Source: Octopus vulgaris
Lineage: Eukaryota
Assembly: GCA_951406725.2 (NCBI GenBank)
Contig: OX597820.1
Coordinates: 120,900,001 to 120,964,000 of the forward strand
Direction: 5' to 3'
DNA length: 64,000 bases
Shown: one piece after another, positions 28,390-42,141 of the stretch
Layout: each line of letters starts with the position of its first letter
Numbering within the stretch: position 1 is the first letter of the stretch
Translations under genes and position numbers: made by a program
Notes under the pieces: model-generated
Database searches by the model: none
The model's input: the letters and a program-made list of their open reading frames with translations, nothing else
Told to the model about the DNA's origin: nothing

Positions 28390-28480
28390 ATATTGTTCAA
28401 CAAAGACATAGATATGGGAATAAATAAATGCACCAAAGCATCATTAAGAAGAGGCAAATCAATTAACACAGAGAAATATT
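28390..28480 (+). mobile_element. Short R4/Dong-like RT remnant
   Basis: FNKDIDMGINKCTKASLRRGK resembles FSxDIxMxFGxxKCAxxxxxRGK, found after the RT catalytic motif in R4/Dong elements. Confidence 0.4.
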
Positions 28481-28559
28481 ACATTATACACTGAAAGCGA
28501 GGGAATGATCTGTTTTGGCCTTGACCGATGTTTGTCCACAAATAAGAATGAAATAATGA

Positions 28560-28770
28560 AAACTGATGTCCTTCAGTGAGAGTCTTCCTAGTCTCACCCT
28601 TCTTCGTTTTGCTCTTCCATCTAGTTTCTGGATGGTGAGGTTCTGGGCTCTGATCACATGACCAAAAGGTACAGCCGTTTTCGCAGTCTTGCCAAAAATA
28701 TTATTTCCATTCTCAGTTGTGACAATTTTTCCGATGGCCACTCCAGTTGATCAACTGCGCTCTTTGCTAT
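28560..28770 (-). mobile_element. RTE-like LINE ORF2 C-terminal remnant
   Basis: FGHVIRAQNL...KLDGRAKRRRVRLGRLSLKDI resembles the RTE pattern FGHVxR...GKxxGxRxRGRPRxRWxDDI. Confidence 0.55.
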
Positions 28771-28876
28771 CACGTCGTCTCAGATAATTTGTGTATATCT
28801 ATATACGTATCATTGCATGCATGTATGTATACACACACACACACATACACACACGTACACACACAATATAAACATA

Positions 28877-29272
28877 TCTTTATATATAAAAGAGAGGTTG
28901 TGTGCTGTCTGTCTCCTACGATTTAGATTCCTAACTACTCCCACATTTTGCGGTGCACTTTAACCAAAACCGGGTATCTTATAGTCGTGATTCATATCGA
29001 GCCCTTCTGGGTACTAGCGCACGTCTACAATGAGTCTACGATTTAAAAAGAAATTTACCATAAATTTTTCCCATTTTTAATGCATTTTTGGCATATATAA
29101 GGGAAGTAACTCTCTAAAAATTTATTATTAAATCTCAGAACGTAAAAAGCTACAGTAACACCCCCCCCTTTTGGTTAGCCATATTGAGATGGCTATTATA
29201 CTTTACATCTCTAAAAATGCTTATATAGTTATTTCCCTTACAAACCCGAGCAACGCCGGGCGATACTGCTAG
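28877..29272 (+). mobile_element. Non-autonomous Helitron, complete
   Basis: 5' TC and 3' CTAG, inserted between A and T with no TSD. Subterminal GC-rich hairpin CCCGAGCAACGCCGGG. Confidence 0.9.
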
Positions 29273-29700
29273 TGTTTTTATAAACATGTTTTTTCTTTCA
29301 TCATACACATGGAAACACGCTGACTCAGACACGCACACAGATGAATATACACACACATTTACGTATATGCTAAAAGAGAACACAGCTTACATTTATTAAG
29401 TGATAAATTTATTCTGCATATTACAAAGTTCAATATTAAATTGCTGTTGTATTAAGATTGCTTAGTTCGTTGCTGTAGTACACAATCTGACGTGTCCATC
29501 GTCCTTTTTAGACCAAACTACATGCTATATCATTTGTAAACTGTTCTTGTGTACAAAATATATCACACAAATAATCTAACGTTCAATTTCGTTGCTATGA
29601 ACGTGCTATATGTAGTTATATACAAATCATTCTATCCAGTCGACTTTAGTGAATATTAGTGAGGTTGTTATCGACCTATTTGCAGACAGCTTAATGTTTA

Positions 29701-29748
29701 TATAGAGGCTGACGAGCACGTCAAAAAGACCCGAAACGTTCATTTATA
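29701..29748 (+). ncRNA. Type-I hammerhead ribozyme motif (stems partly decayed)
   Basis: TATAGAGG-CTGACGA-gcacGTCaaaaaGACcc-GAAA-CG-TT-CATTTATA. Confidence 0.6.
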
Positions 29749-29837
29749 TGTCTCTTTGGTTTTCTATCCGCTCACGTATTATGCAAAAGAACCATTAAAA
29801 TTTGCGTAATTATACTCGATATATACAAGTTTAATAT

Positions 29838-30211
29838 GGTGGTGGAAGCACTCCGTCGGTTACGACGACGAGGGTTCCGGTTGATCCGATCAACGGGACA
29901 GCCTGCTCGTGAAATTAACGTGTAAGTGGCTGAGCACTCCACAGACACGTGTACCCTTAACGTAGTTCTCGGGGATATTCAGCGTGACACAGAGAGTGAC
30001 AAGGCCGGCCCTTTGAAATACAGGTACAACAGGAACAGGAAGTAAGAGTGAGAGAAAGTTGTGGCGAAAGAGTACAGCAGGGATCAGCACCATCCCTGCC
30101 GGAGCCTCGTGGAGCTTTAGGTGTTTTCGCTCAATAAACACTCACAACGCCCGGTCTGGGAATCGAAACCGCGAGTCCGCTGCCCTAACCACTGGGCCAT
30201 TGCGCCTCCAC
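29838..30211 (-). mobile_element. tRNA-derived SINE (head C + tail 1) with 13-bp TSD
   Basis: Head TGGAGGCGCAATGGCCCAGTGGTTAGGGCAGCGG...GGTTTCGATTCCC. TSD ACAAGTTTAATAT at 29825-29837 and 30212-30224. Confidence 0.9.
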
Positions 30212-30767
30212 ACAAGTTTAATATATAATATATAGCAACAGCTAGAATTCGCATCCAAATATATTTCTGCCACCTTAGAAAATGTCACTGTTTTTAATGT
30301 AAACATGCGTTAAACTTACGGTTTCTTTAGGTTTGTTTAATCATGGTTATGAAAGGTGACAAACATTTAACCAAACTGTTACAACCATTAGCCACAAACA
30401 TACACGAGAAAGCATTGATGTTTCCAACTTCTTAGGTTCCATTCCCAAGCTTACTTCTCACATTGATTTCAGTTGGAAACAAGTGTAGAATCTTTTAATT
30501 CTTCTTTTTTCACATAAAATCTCATTTTCCAGTTCAATGTCCCCGTGCCTTCTTTAATTTTTACGTCTTGTTTCATACGAAATGTGTGCAGGCCTACACA
30601 CACAACGCACACACACGCACACACACACACACATACATATATATATAGAGAGAGATACATATATGTATATATATATGTATATACTTATGTATACATATAT
30701 GTATGTACGTATATATATATATATATTTATATATATGTATAATATATTCATATATATATATATATAT

Positions 30768-31065
30768 CACAGTGACTGACCAGACTATCAGATGTTGTTA
30801 CACATCGCTGGTCACAATGCGCTTCGCATTGTTTTAGCCTTCAAATGACGCCACTCCGCTGGCTAAGCGAACCGGCTGACAGAAGAGAGAGTGAGAGAAA
30901 GTTGTGGCGAAAGAATACAGCAGGGATCGCCACCACCCCCTGCCGGAGCCTCGTGGAGCTTTAGGTGTTTTCGCTCAATAAACACTCACAATTCCCGGTC
31001 TAGGAATCGAAACTGCGATTCTACGACCGCTAGTCCGCTGCCTTAACCACTGGGCCATTGCGCCT

Positions 31066-31068
<3 letters not shown>
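30768..31068 (-). mobile_element. tRNA-derived SINE (head C + tail 2) in a (TA)n tract
   Basis: About 30885-31068 matches about 30045-30210. The 3' portion is unrelated. Confidence 0.85.
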
Positions 31069-31140
<72 letters not shown>

Positions 31141-31152
31141 TATATATATATA

Positions 31153-31224
<72 letters not shown>

Positions 31225-32201
31225 TATAAATATATATATTTGTACATATATACATATATATGTGTGTGTGTGTTTGTGTGTGTGTGTGTTTGTGTTTGTG
31301 TGTGAGTATATACACATATATTTATAGATACATACACACGGGCACTCATATATTATATGTGAATGTAGATGTATATGCACGTATGTCTATGTTTGTAGAT
31401 ATGCGTAGATATCTGCCTGTCATTGAGCATATGTGTTTAAATGGCGTTTTAGGGAAATATCGTTTTTTTAATACAAACGCCACGCGATTTATTGTAGCTG
31501 TTCTTTCTTTAAAATGGCGATAGAAATCTTCAGACATATCGTTGCCATTGCAACCGGAGAACCATAAAACAAAGTCAATATTTCTTGTTACATACTTGTC
31601 TTTTGTTTATGTTAATGACGCCTATGTGGTTTGGCGGTTTTATGGCCACGTTTAAAATTTTCATTGCCAGTCGTTACAGAACTCCACTCCCCTCACGGTC
31701 GTCCCCTCACCATGAGATTCCTTTCAGAAGTTGCTTGAAGATAACTTCGATTCAAACCCATTAATGTATATGTCCCTCAATGAAGCCAACTTCACTATGT
31801 ATGCATGGATTCTAACTCAGCATGGATTGAATGCCTGACGAGAGAAGTAAGTGAGCCTCTGTGCATATGTAGGAATAAACATGTGCGTGCGTACGCGTAA
31901 CTTTTCCTTTATGAGGCTGTTTTCTCAAACAAGCAATTCGGTTTTGTGTAATTAAGTTCAGTTGCAGGGCACTGTAAACCTCCAAAGACATTAAAAGATA
32001 TTGGTAAGATTCCAAGACGTGTGATGATCCAGTGTAGTTCAATTCACGATATATTTAAGAAGTTATCGTCTTACATCCTATCCGACCTTCAAGAAGCGAA
32101 TATACCGAATGCAGATTGACAGCCAATAAATTTAAGAAAGGGGAATATTTTAATAACCCCTTCGCTAAATATGTTTTATATGAAGTTTACATACATATTG
32201 A

Positions 32202-32247
<46 letters not shown>

Positions 32248-32265
32248 AGGCACAGACTCTCTCTC

Positions 32266-32320
<55 letters not shown>

Positions 32321-32344
32321 GCGCGCGAGCGCGAACACCTATCT

Positions 32345-32690
32345 TTCTTTTAAGTTTTACTTGTTTCAGTCATGAAAGTGTGGCCATGCTGGGGGCACAG
32401 CCTTGAAGAATTTGTAATCGAACGCATCTATCCGTGTATTTATCATATCTCTTAGAACATAGTATTTATTCTATCGGTTTCTTTTGCCCAATTGCTAAGT
32501 TACGGAGACATAAACTCACCAATACCACTTGTAAAACGTTGTTCAGGTACAAACACACACACATAAACGACAGTTTTTTTTTCTGTTTATGCCAACCAAA
32601 TCTACAAGGCACGAATCTATTTGAGAAAACACTTGCCCAGTGGATTGAACCAGGAAACATGTGTTTGAGACGCTAACTTCTTACCTGCGG
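32345..32690 (-). mobile_element. Degenerate SINE family A
   Basis: TTTTACTTGTTTCAGTCAT...GGCCATGCTGG tail and ACACTTGCCCA core are recognisable. Confidence 0.7.
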
Positions 32691-32744
32691 CACATGGTAC
32701 TACATACATACATGCATACATACATACATAATACATACATACAT

Positions 32745-33181
32745 GATGGCTGCCCCCTCGTTATCGAGTATGGCCATTGCACGAAGCTTAACTGTTATTG
32801 GTGCTGTGATCGAATGTGACTTTTTAGCCCAGCCAAAGATCTACAATGTCTTGTACAGAATTGGCAACTAAAACCTTTTCCGGTAATAGCCGGCTGTAGT
32901 TGTAACTGGGCTTCATGTACCTTTGCATGTCGCATAAGTCCTCCTGCCGAATTACACTCTCTTCCACATGCCCGACAGATATGATTAGTATGGTGTATTA
33001 CACCACCACCAGTGGTCAGGTTGTCACTCATCTGTCTCGTTTTATGACTATGAAGATGACTCATAAGTCCAGCTTTACTGAGGCAGGGTCTTGCACAGAC
33101 ATTGCATGTCAGCATCAAAGGAAGACCTTTCCTTCTGGAAGTGTAACAGCGATGCCCTTCCTGACAACCCTCCCTTCCTGA
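32745..33181 (-). mobile_element. RTE-like LINE 3' end encoding three C2H2 zinc fingers
   Basis: CNVCARPCLSKAGLMSHLHSH, CRACGRECNSAGGLMRHAKVH and CQFCTRHCRSLAGLKSHIRSQH*. A short RTE-type 3' UTR (ATGGCCATACTCGATAACGAGGGGGCAGCCATC) follows. It is embedded in (TACA)n. Confidence 0.75.
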
Positions 33182-33731
33182 CATACATACATACATACAT
33201 ACATACATACATACATACATACATACATACATACATACATACATACATACATACATACATACATACATACATACATACATACATACATACATACATACAT
33301 ACATACATACATACATACATAAATGCATACATACATGCATAAACACATACACGTGTTTTTACGGTCAAAGGGGACATATTTCGAATTCTCATTCTTCTTT
33401 TGTCTTTCTTTCCCGCTTTTTTAACCCTTCTCCATTTTATATGCATCTTCCTCTCTTATTTCCCGCGTGATTTCTCTTGTTCTACTGGCCTGATATACAA
33501 CTTGTATCGGCCATGAGCTCAGTGAGCCCGGAGATTGCTTGGAGGTACTGGACGTATTATCAAAAGCTACCTAAATAATATCAGCACCGTATAGAACTAT
33601 AAGTAGCTCATGGCTATGTACTCTGTACATTGAACGGGAAGGTAAGCCATATGAATGTATATATACATACATACATATATACATATATACATACATACAT
33701 ACATACATACATACATACATACATACATACA

Positions 33732-33765
<34 letters not shown>

Positions 33766-33802
33766 CATACATATATATATACATACATACATACATACAT
33801 AT

Positions 33803-34680
<878 letters not shown>

Positions 34681-35827
34681 GTACAAATGAGATGTGTAAG
34701 AAATTTTAGAATCCAGTTGTTGTCTCCGGACAACAGCCGGATTCTAAGACTGCTGGGTGTGAGACACTACTTAGTTCTCTTTGAAGTATTTCTCTAGGTG
34801 AGGATTTCTTTGATATAAATCCTATCTTGCAGGGAACTGGATCATCATTTCTCTATTCCACGAGAATACCACTTTTCTTTCGACTCCCGAATTATGGTAA
34901 GTGGAACCAACTATGATGAGATTCGAACACAGGAATATAATTGAATAACGTGAGTCATTTTATCTGTATTATACTGATTTAGGAAATCTAACGCCTATCC
35001 TGCAAGCTGTGAATTTAATACTATAAAAATATACACGAAAAATTATATAAATTTCTAGCTACAATAATCCAGTTGTAAATAAAGATTTTTAGAATTTTAT
35101 ATGTTTATAATTTTATCAGAGGGTGAAAATTAATTATACAACCACATAAATATTAACTTAAATTCCTAATGTTGTCATGCACTCAAGTAACTTTAGAAAT
35201 TGAATCTGAAGAAATTCGTGCGTAACAAAATATTAATAATACTTAATTTCAACTTATTTTATATCAACTAATTAAAACCCCCATTTTACATTACGCTGAC
35301 CTACACAAATTATACGAGTTATATTAACCACCAGCTCGTCTATGAAAAGATAATTATTAATGCATTTAAATATTTTTCATCTATTAAATCTGAACATTTT
35401 CAACATCGCATTACGCGTCCTCACAATATTCTACATACGCTAGATAAGAATAAGAAGTCAACAGATTTATTAAAACATTAGAGAGAATGTAAAGTGATGT
35501 ATATTCAAAAAATATATATAAACATCATTTATATTAGATATTATAAACAAATACTTAATTCATAGCAATTTTGTTTAACAAACATAACAACAACAACAAC
35601 GCCACCATAACTTATAAATACATACATACAGCTGTATATATCGTGGTCAGTGAGATTTGGTTGATATGCAGTGAATGGATGCTAGGCAGTGAGGAAGCGC
35701 AGTACGCTAAAAACGAGAAATTTGGCATTTCCGGCGTCCATGGCAACCGGTTCTCGTCTGCTAACGATATATGTATGTGCTCTTAGCACCCTACGTCTGT
35801 ATGAGAGAATCTCTCAAGATTAATACC

Positions 35828-36060
35828 TATTTCATTACTACCCACAAGGGGCTGAACATAGAGGGGACAAACATGGACAGACATAGGTATTAAGTCGATT
35901 ATATCGACCCCAGTGCTTAACTGGTACTTAATTTATCGACCCCGAAAGGATGAAAGGCAAAGTCGACCTCGGCGGAATTTGAACTCACAACGTAACGGCA
36001 GACGAAATACCGCTAAGCATTTCGCCCGACGTGCTAACGATTCTGCTAGCTCGCCGCCTT
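35828..36060 (-). mobile_element. Meta-domain SINE (family B) with 9-bp TSD
   Basis: TSD ATTAATACC at 35819-35827 and 36061-36069. Confidence 0.88.
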
Positions 36061-36144
36061 ATTAATACCGTACTGTTAATACCGTACTATTCGGCCTTCG
36101 GCCTTCTAATAATAAATTCGCGTTCAGTATGCTGAACTATACAA

Positions 36145-36773
36145 AAAATTATAAGTTAGGATATCTAAGAGATACCACCATGCTGGTTTTAAAATACCAC
36201 CATGATGGTTTTAAAGTCAGATCATGGCTGCTATTTTCAGCATGGTGGTATCTCGTAGATACCCTAATTTATAATTTTAATAATTATTACCTTTGAAGGT
36301 TATTTTTTCCATGCTGACCACTTGATAAAATCGTTATTTTATTTTTAAATTAACGATCTTATCCTTATTTATATAAATTTAAATTTATTTCGTCACTGTA
36401 TTTACTGCGGCGATATTTTCCTCATATCTCACATGGAATTAAACGGCGGGTATTTTAAACTGGCCATGATGCATACGTGCATATATATGTAGGTATACGT
36501 TCGTATATGTGATTATTAGTATGTAGTATTTATATATATATTTGTATTTATGTTTATCTTCTGTGTGTATTCTACTGACGTGGCAAAGCATTCATAAATG
36601 CAAAGTCAGAAATCCTGATCTAGAATTATCCAGTAATTTTTTACTAGCTTCATCTTGCCTCTTTGTTTGTTCTCCGTGTTGACATATGGACAACTTAGGT
36701 GGTTTTAAAGTTAGATCATGGCTGCTATTTTCAGCATGGTGGTATCTCGTAGATACCCGAAATTATAATTTTT
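36145..36773 (+). mobile_element. Retrozyme/Penelope-like non-coding element (inverted piece, ~494-bp direct-repeat period, hammerhead)
   Basis: Direct repeat 36206-36278 / 36700-36772. About 36145-36185 is an inverted copy of part of the repeat. The hammerhead is at 36569-36626. Confidence 0.75.
36569..36626 (+). ncRNA. Type-I hammerhead ribozyme motif (one core A missing)
   Basis: ATTCTA-CTGACG(-)-TGGC aaa GCATT cata AATGC aaa GTCA-GAAA-TC ct GA-TC-TAGAAT. Confidence 0.72.
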
Positions 36774-36785
36774 ATATATAAGGAT

Positions 36786-37070
36786 AAAGACCTCGTTCGG
36801 TCATGAATGACCATGGGATTGCGCCTAGAATGTTCCCCTCTGAGGCACAAGTCCAGGCAAGGTTATTAGTGGAAGGCCAACAGTCGCCCATGCATATCAG
36901 CCCCCCCTCTTTACGCCACCTATGTTATGCAAGGGAAAAACGAGGGCCGATTCAGCTTGGCACCAGAGACAATGTTGCAACTCAATTCTACAACCTGTGT
37001 GAACTGGTGCAATGCGAAATAATGTGTCTTGCAGAAGAACGCAACACACAGCCTGGTCCGGCAATCGAAT
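36786..37070 (-). mobile_element. SINE (head D + tail 4), diverged
   Basis: Reverse-complement similarity to 59870-60122. Confidence 0.75.
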
Positions 37071-37498
37071 ATGTGTGTGTATATGTGTATGTGCGCTCCC
37101 CCCTCTGTGTGTGTGTGTGTGTGTGTGTCTGTGTGAGCATCTGTGTATATATGTATGCATGTAATCAAAATTATTATTTGAATATTTTCAAAGGAGACAT
37201 TTCAGCTGAATTGCCAATTTGCAATTAAATTTCCATGTATTTTTCTTTCCTATGACGAATGTTTCATTTTCAATGATGCTACATTCGTAACATAACTACA
37301 TCATGCTGCTAAGAAATATCGACAGAAATCTATAATAATGATGTTTATAGTCAACATATAAGCATTTACATACTTTTACATTTTTAGCTTCATTTTCTTT
37401 CTTTTTGAAATCCGGAAATCTATGTTCTTAAAGCATAAGTTCACCGTATGAACAAGTACGAATGTCTTGTCGGTGTGCTTTTGTGGAAATGCGTGTTT

Positions 37499-37542
<44 letters not shown>

Positions 37543-37546
37543 GTGT

Positions 37547-37637
<91 letters not shown>

Positions 37638-38339
37638 TGAGAGACATCAGAATAATGTGCGGATATAAGTGTGCGCGTGTGTGGATTTCCATTATGCAAA
37701 AATCAGTAATTTTACTTTCAATATATATTTTTTCTTTTAGCCATCAACTATGAAATAAAGTGATGATATACTTTCTCAATAATGTGTATAAGTTATTATA
37801 TATATTAATTTCATATCTATATGTGCTATTTAGATTGTAAATCTATCACCTACCCCAACTCACATCTTTCTTTTCACTCATGTATAAAGAAAATGATTTA
37901 AGTAAGCCATTTGCAATGCTAATATGATAGTCACCAAAAATTATCATAATCCTCCAGATCTGGAACTATACGCAAGCTTTCCGGTTCTTCGAAATTCTAG
38001 TCGCTTCTCTGATACCTTTTCAAATGGACGTGTCCTAACACTTCCAGATGTTCATATTTTGGACGGGCACGTAAGTAACAGGTGGCGAAATACAGAGCAG
38101 TGCAGCAACTTTTGCTTACAACTCCCAGGTGTAAAAAACAATCAAAGATGTTTCCGAATATTGCTTTCAATTTCCAGCTTAACATAAATAAACAATTATC
38201 CAACCCGACAGAAACCCAGATTCGTCAATATTTTAAAAATGATTTTGTCCCAGTCGTTCACTTCAATCAATAATCTTTCAGTTCTTTACCGAAAATAAAT
38301 ACGTTACTCTTGATATACATAAGATATGCAGCCATATCT

Positions 38340-38406
<67 letters not shown>

Positions 38407-38408
<2 letters not shown>

Positions 38409-39194
38409 CATTATATAATTAGGGCTTAGTAAAATAAATTACTTTGCCACATACTGAACTAAGTAGAAATAGCAGCCCCAAAAATTTTTTTTAGCCATTT
38501 CTACTACTTATTTTACTAAGCCCTAATTATATAATGTAATATTTTGAATTCGCCTTAAATGGTCCTTTTACATACTGAACACTTGGTGAAATTGATTAAT
38601 TAATTAATTTTACCCTCAATTGTTGATATTATAATTCATTTCTCTCTGTCATACTGCCTCGGTTCTCGCGGTTAAAATATAATGTTTGCTAGATAGACCA
38701 CGTGGGTGGAAGGGGGAGTGCAGAATTTTACGCCTGCGCATTTTGAATTTGTTGACACTGTTAGTTGGAGTGGTTCATCTGAAACGACAAGTTCGTTGAT
38801 AGGTAAAGTTCCTTCTTTTTAGTGTTTCCAAATCCAAATTAAGAAATTTTGAGCTGACGAAAGAAATGCTGATTTTATTTGGTTAATCTTGAAACGTTGA
38901 CGTACTCAAACGATCTATGTACTTGTGATATTTTTCTGTATTTACCTCCAAACCTCCGTGAGCTGTCTGGAGTAAACATTATCTGAGAGAAATTTTCTTT
39001 AAGTAGTAGAAATGGCTAAAAAAATTTTTTTTTGGCTGCTATTTCTACTTAGTTCAGTATGTGGCAAAGTAATTTATTTTACTAAGCCCTAATTATATAA
39101 TGTAATATTTTGAATTCGCCTTAAATGGTCCTTTTACACACTGAACACTTGGTGAAATTGATTAATTAATTAATTTTACCCTCAATTGTTGATA
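38407..39194 (+). mobile_element. Retrozyme/Penelope-like non-coding element (inverted piece, ~566-bp direct-repeat period, hammerhead) in (TA)n
   Basis: Near-identical direct repeats at 38508-38628 and 39074-39194. 38408-38510 is the reverse complement of about 39000-39103. An intact hammerhead lies at 38848-38910. Confidence 0.85.
38848..38910 (+). ncRNA. Canonical type-I hammerhead ribozyme
   Basis: TTTGAG-CTGACGA-AAGA...TCTT-GAAA-CGT tg ACG-TA-CTCAAA. Stem I has 6 perfect pairs, all core nucleotides are present and the cleavage triplet is GUA. Confidence 0.88.
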
Positions 39195-39209
39195 TATATA
39201 TATATATAT

Positions 39210-39375
39210 AAAGTTAATCCAAACAAGAAAACACAACAACGCGAGGACGTGGAACAAATAAAGTATTATTGGACGCTCAGGAAAGAAGGGAAGAAGGAGG
39301 GTTTAACGTTTCGAGCGGAGCTCTTCGTCGGAAACATAGGAGAAGGAAAGATCCCGAGAAGGGAACGCCAGAAAA
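39210..39375 (-). mobile_element. Short TA-adjacent repeat with hammerhead variant (family of 54628-54850)
   Basis: Minus strand 39301-39335 reads GTTT-CCGACGA-aGAGC tcc GCTC-GAAA-CG-TT-AAAC. Confidence 0.7.
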
Positions 39376-39778
39376 GTGGAAAATTTGAGGGCAAAGCTAA
39401 CAGTCATTAACTAGATCATCGATAAACTGTGTGAGAGGTAGTTTCTGATTGGTTGCTTTTTTTATGGAATCATAATAAATATTGAGATCATTTCTTTCTG
39501 AGTGAACCTCACATCATGGAAGAAAGTTGTGCAAGGAAACAGGTATCAGACTGGCAGAGAGAAATTATTGTTCTTTTCAAAAGTGAAAATCCGAGTTGGG
39601 GACTGGCTTAAAGGTTAACTCTGTCACCGAACTCGACCGAGTTACCCAGTGTTAATATGATATCACGTTTTGTGACGCTTCTGGTCTACCTGAAATAGAT
39701 CTTGTGAAAATATAAATCGGCATTTCTCGAAATTCCTGCTTTTCTAGCGACCAACCTGTATTAGGAAGTCAAAGTTAC

Positions 39779-39887
39779 GGTCGGTCATAAAGTGACCACT
39801 GGTTTCTCATCTATCAAGCGCATAGCAAAATTGAGTCTGTTAAGCGCTTTATAGGTGCGAAACCAATGGTCACGCTATGACCGACCA
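39779..39887. mobile_element. Small palindromic MITE-like element
   Basis: GGTCGGTCATAAAGTGACCACTGGTTTC... / ...GAAACCAATGGTCACGCTATGACCGACC. A related half-copy lies at about 21811-21853. Confidence 0.7.
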
Positions 39888-39927
39888 TAATAATGAAACT
39901 TCCTGCTTGAGCAATGAGGCTCTTAAG

Positions 39928-40085
39928 ACCGGTTTCCAGATTTTGTGTGACACATATTCCCCACTACATGGGAAGACAGCCCCTCACAGGATTAATCTTT
40001 TTTACCAGCTGAGGGCACTGGAGCAACGAGAAACGAAGGTTTTGCTCAAGAGCACAACACGTCGCCTGGACAAGGAATCGAAACC
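39928..40085 (-). mobile_element. Degenerate SINE (head D + tail 3-like)
   Basis: CCGGTTTCCAG resembles the tail at 12195. TTGCTCAAGAGCACAACAC...GGAATCGAAACC resembles the family D core and head. Confidence 0.5.
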
Positions 40086-40684
40086 TAAATCTTTGAATCA
40101 TCTTAATCATTAATCATTAAGCCTTAATCAATAAGCCATGCGCCTACACAAACACACACACACGGATAGACACACACACAAATAGAAATATAGTTAAAAA
40201 CATATACATACATAAATACGTACGCGCACGTACACACAAACATATATACGTATCTTACATACATATATAGAGCGAGAAGGAAAGAAAGAATATATGTGTA
40301 AAAGTAAAGGAGAGAGATTAGGAGAGAGGTAAGTATGGAAACCATAAAGAAGAAAAAAGACGAGAAGAAAGAAGAGTGAGATGTCGTCAGAATCAAACAA
40401 CTGAAGACATCATAAAACTAAGTTTGAGAAAATAGATTCATAGAAGGAAGATCAAAAGGAATTTGCTGAGAGATAAAGAAAAAAAAAAGATTACGAAAAT
40501 AAAAAAAGAGGAAATCAGTTTCGCATCCACTGCTAAGCGAGGAGCAGAATCGAATAAATTTAACATATCATACTGTATTCTTATTGAATATGTAATTAGT
40601 TTAGACGAATTAAGTTGGTTTGTATCCGGGTTCGGAGCGTCTAGATTTCATACATATGTGTGTGTGTGTGTGTATGTGTACTTA

Positions 40685-40814
<130 letters not shown>

Positions 40815-40934
40815 TATACTTCTCATATACGTAAATATCTATATATGATTATTATATATGCACACGTGAGTATGTAACTGTAAATAAATATATATGCATA
40901 CACACACACACATAAGCATTTATATAGATATACG

Positions 40935-40969
<35 letters not shown>

Positions 40970-40991
40970 GTATATATTATATATACATATA

Positions 40992-41032
<41 letters not shown>

Positions 41033-41959
41033 TTATGTGTATAGGGGGGTGAATATATATGTATGAGTGTATGTGTGTTTTTGTCTTTATATGTATGCAT
41101 ATACGTATACCCCCCCTCTCTCTCTTTATCTGTCTATCTTTTTTATGTATTAAGATATATATATATATATATATTGGTGTTTCTATATTAATATTTCTAT
41201 TGCTGATTGACAGGAAAATGTGTGCGAAAGAGATACACAAGCATTAGAAGCGTCGGGGTTAAGTGTGGCTATGTACATGCATTCAAACGTGTGTCTGTGC
41301 GTGTACATGTGTGTAAGTCTGCGCGTTTGTGTGTGTGTGTGTGTGTGTGTGCATGCATATTGTTCAAGAGATAAGCAAATAGACGTGGATTTACTTGGAA
41401 AATATAAATGGAATGCGACATGAGATAGAAATGAATGTCGTCAGCAGTCAGGAGTAAAACATAAATAGAAAACAGGGAAATGCCATGACAGTATATTACA
41501 GTTGTTTGGTTTAAGAGTTATTCAATGGCCACAATGAGATATGTAGTTTCGGAGGGTTGATCTCGCTGGCCCACGTGTTAATAAATCAATAGCAAAGTTG
41601 TATATTCCCAGTTTAATTTCGCTGCATGCGCCCTATTTCTTACTGATCCCCTCTTCCGCTTCAATATGGACGGCCTGGCTTTGTTACGGGTTGGGTGAAC
41701 GAGAAATTGTGATGAGATGGAGAGGTTTCGCATATATAATCCTGATGTAAACAACACGCACACACACACATACAGGCACAAATACAGACACCCCCACGTA
41801 CATATTGTATGTATATATGTGTGTGTGTGTGTGTTTGTGTCTGTGTGTGTATGTGTGTTTGAGTGTCTGTGTTTGTGTATTATTCGGGTTCACATATACA
41901 CAAGTATTGTACACACACACACAAGCATAAGCAGGCTCACACACAGGCACGCACACATG

Positions 41960-41999
<40 letters not shown>

Positions 42000-42008
42000 A
42001 ACACATAC

Positions 42009-42059
<51 letters not shown>

Positions 42060-42101
42060 CATGCACACACATACATATATATCTATATATATACATACAC
42101 T

Positions 42102-42141
<40 letters not shown>

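Noticed and set aside
32795-33352. Host C2H2 zinc-finger gene (185-aa ORF)
   Set aside because: The N-terminus is a (TATG)n read-through, the linkers are not TGEKP-type and an RTE-like 3' UTR follows. It is better explained as a LINE tail.
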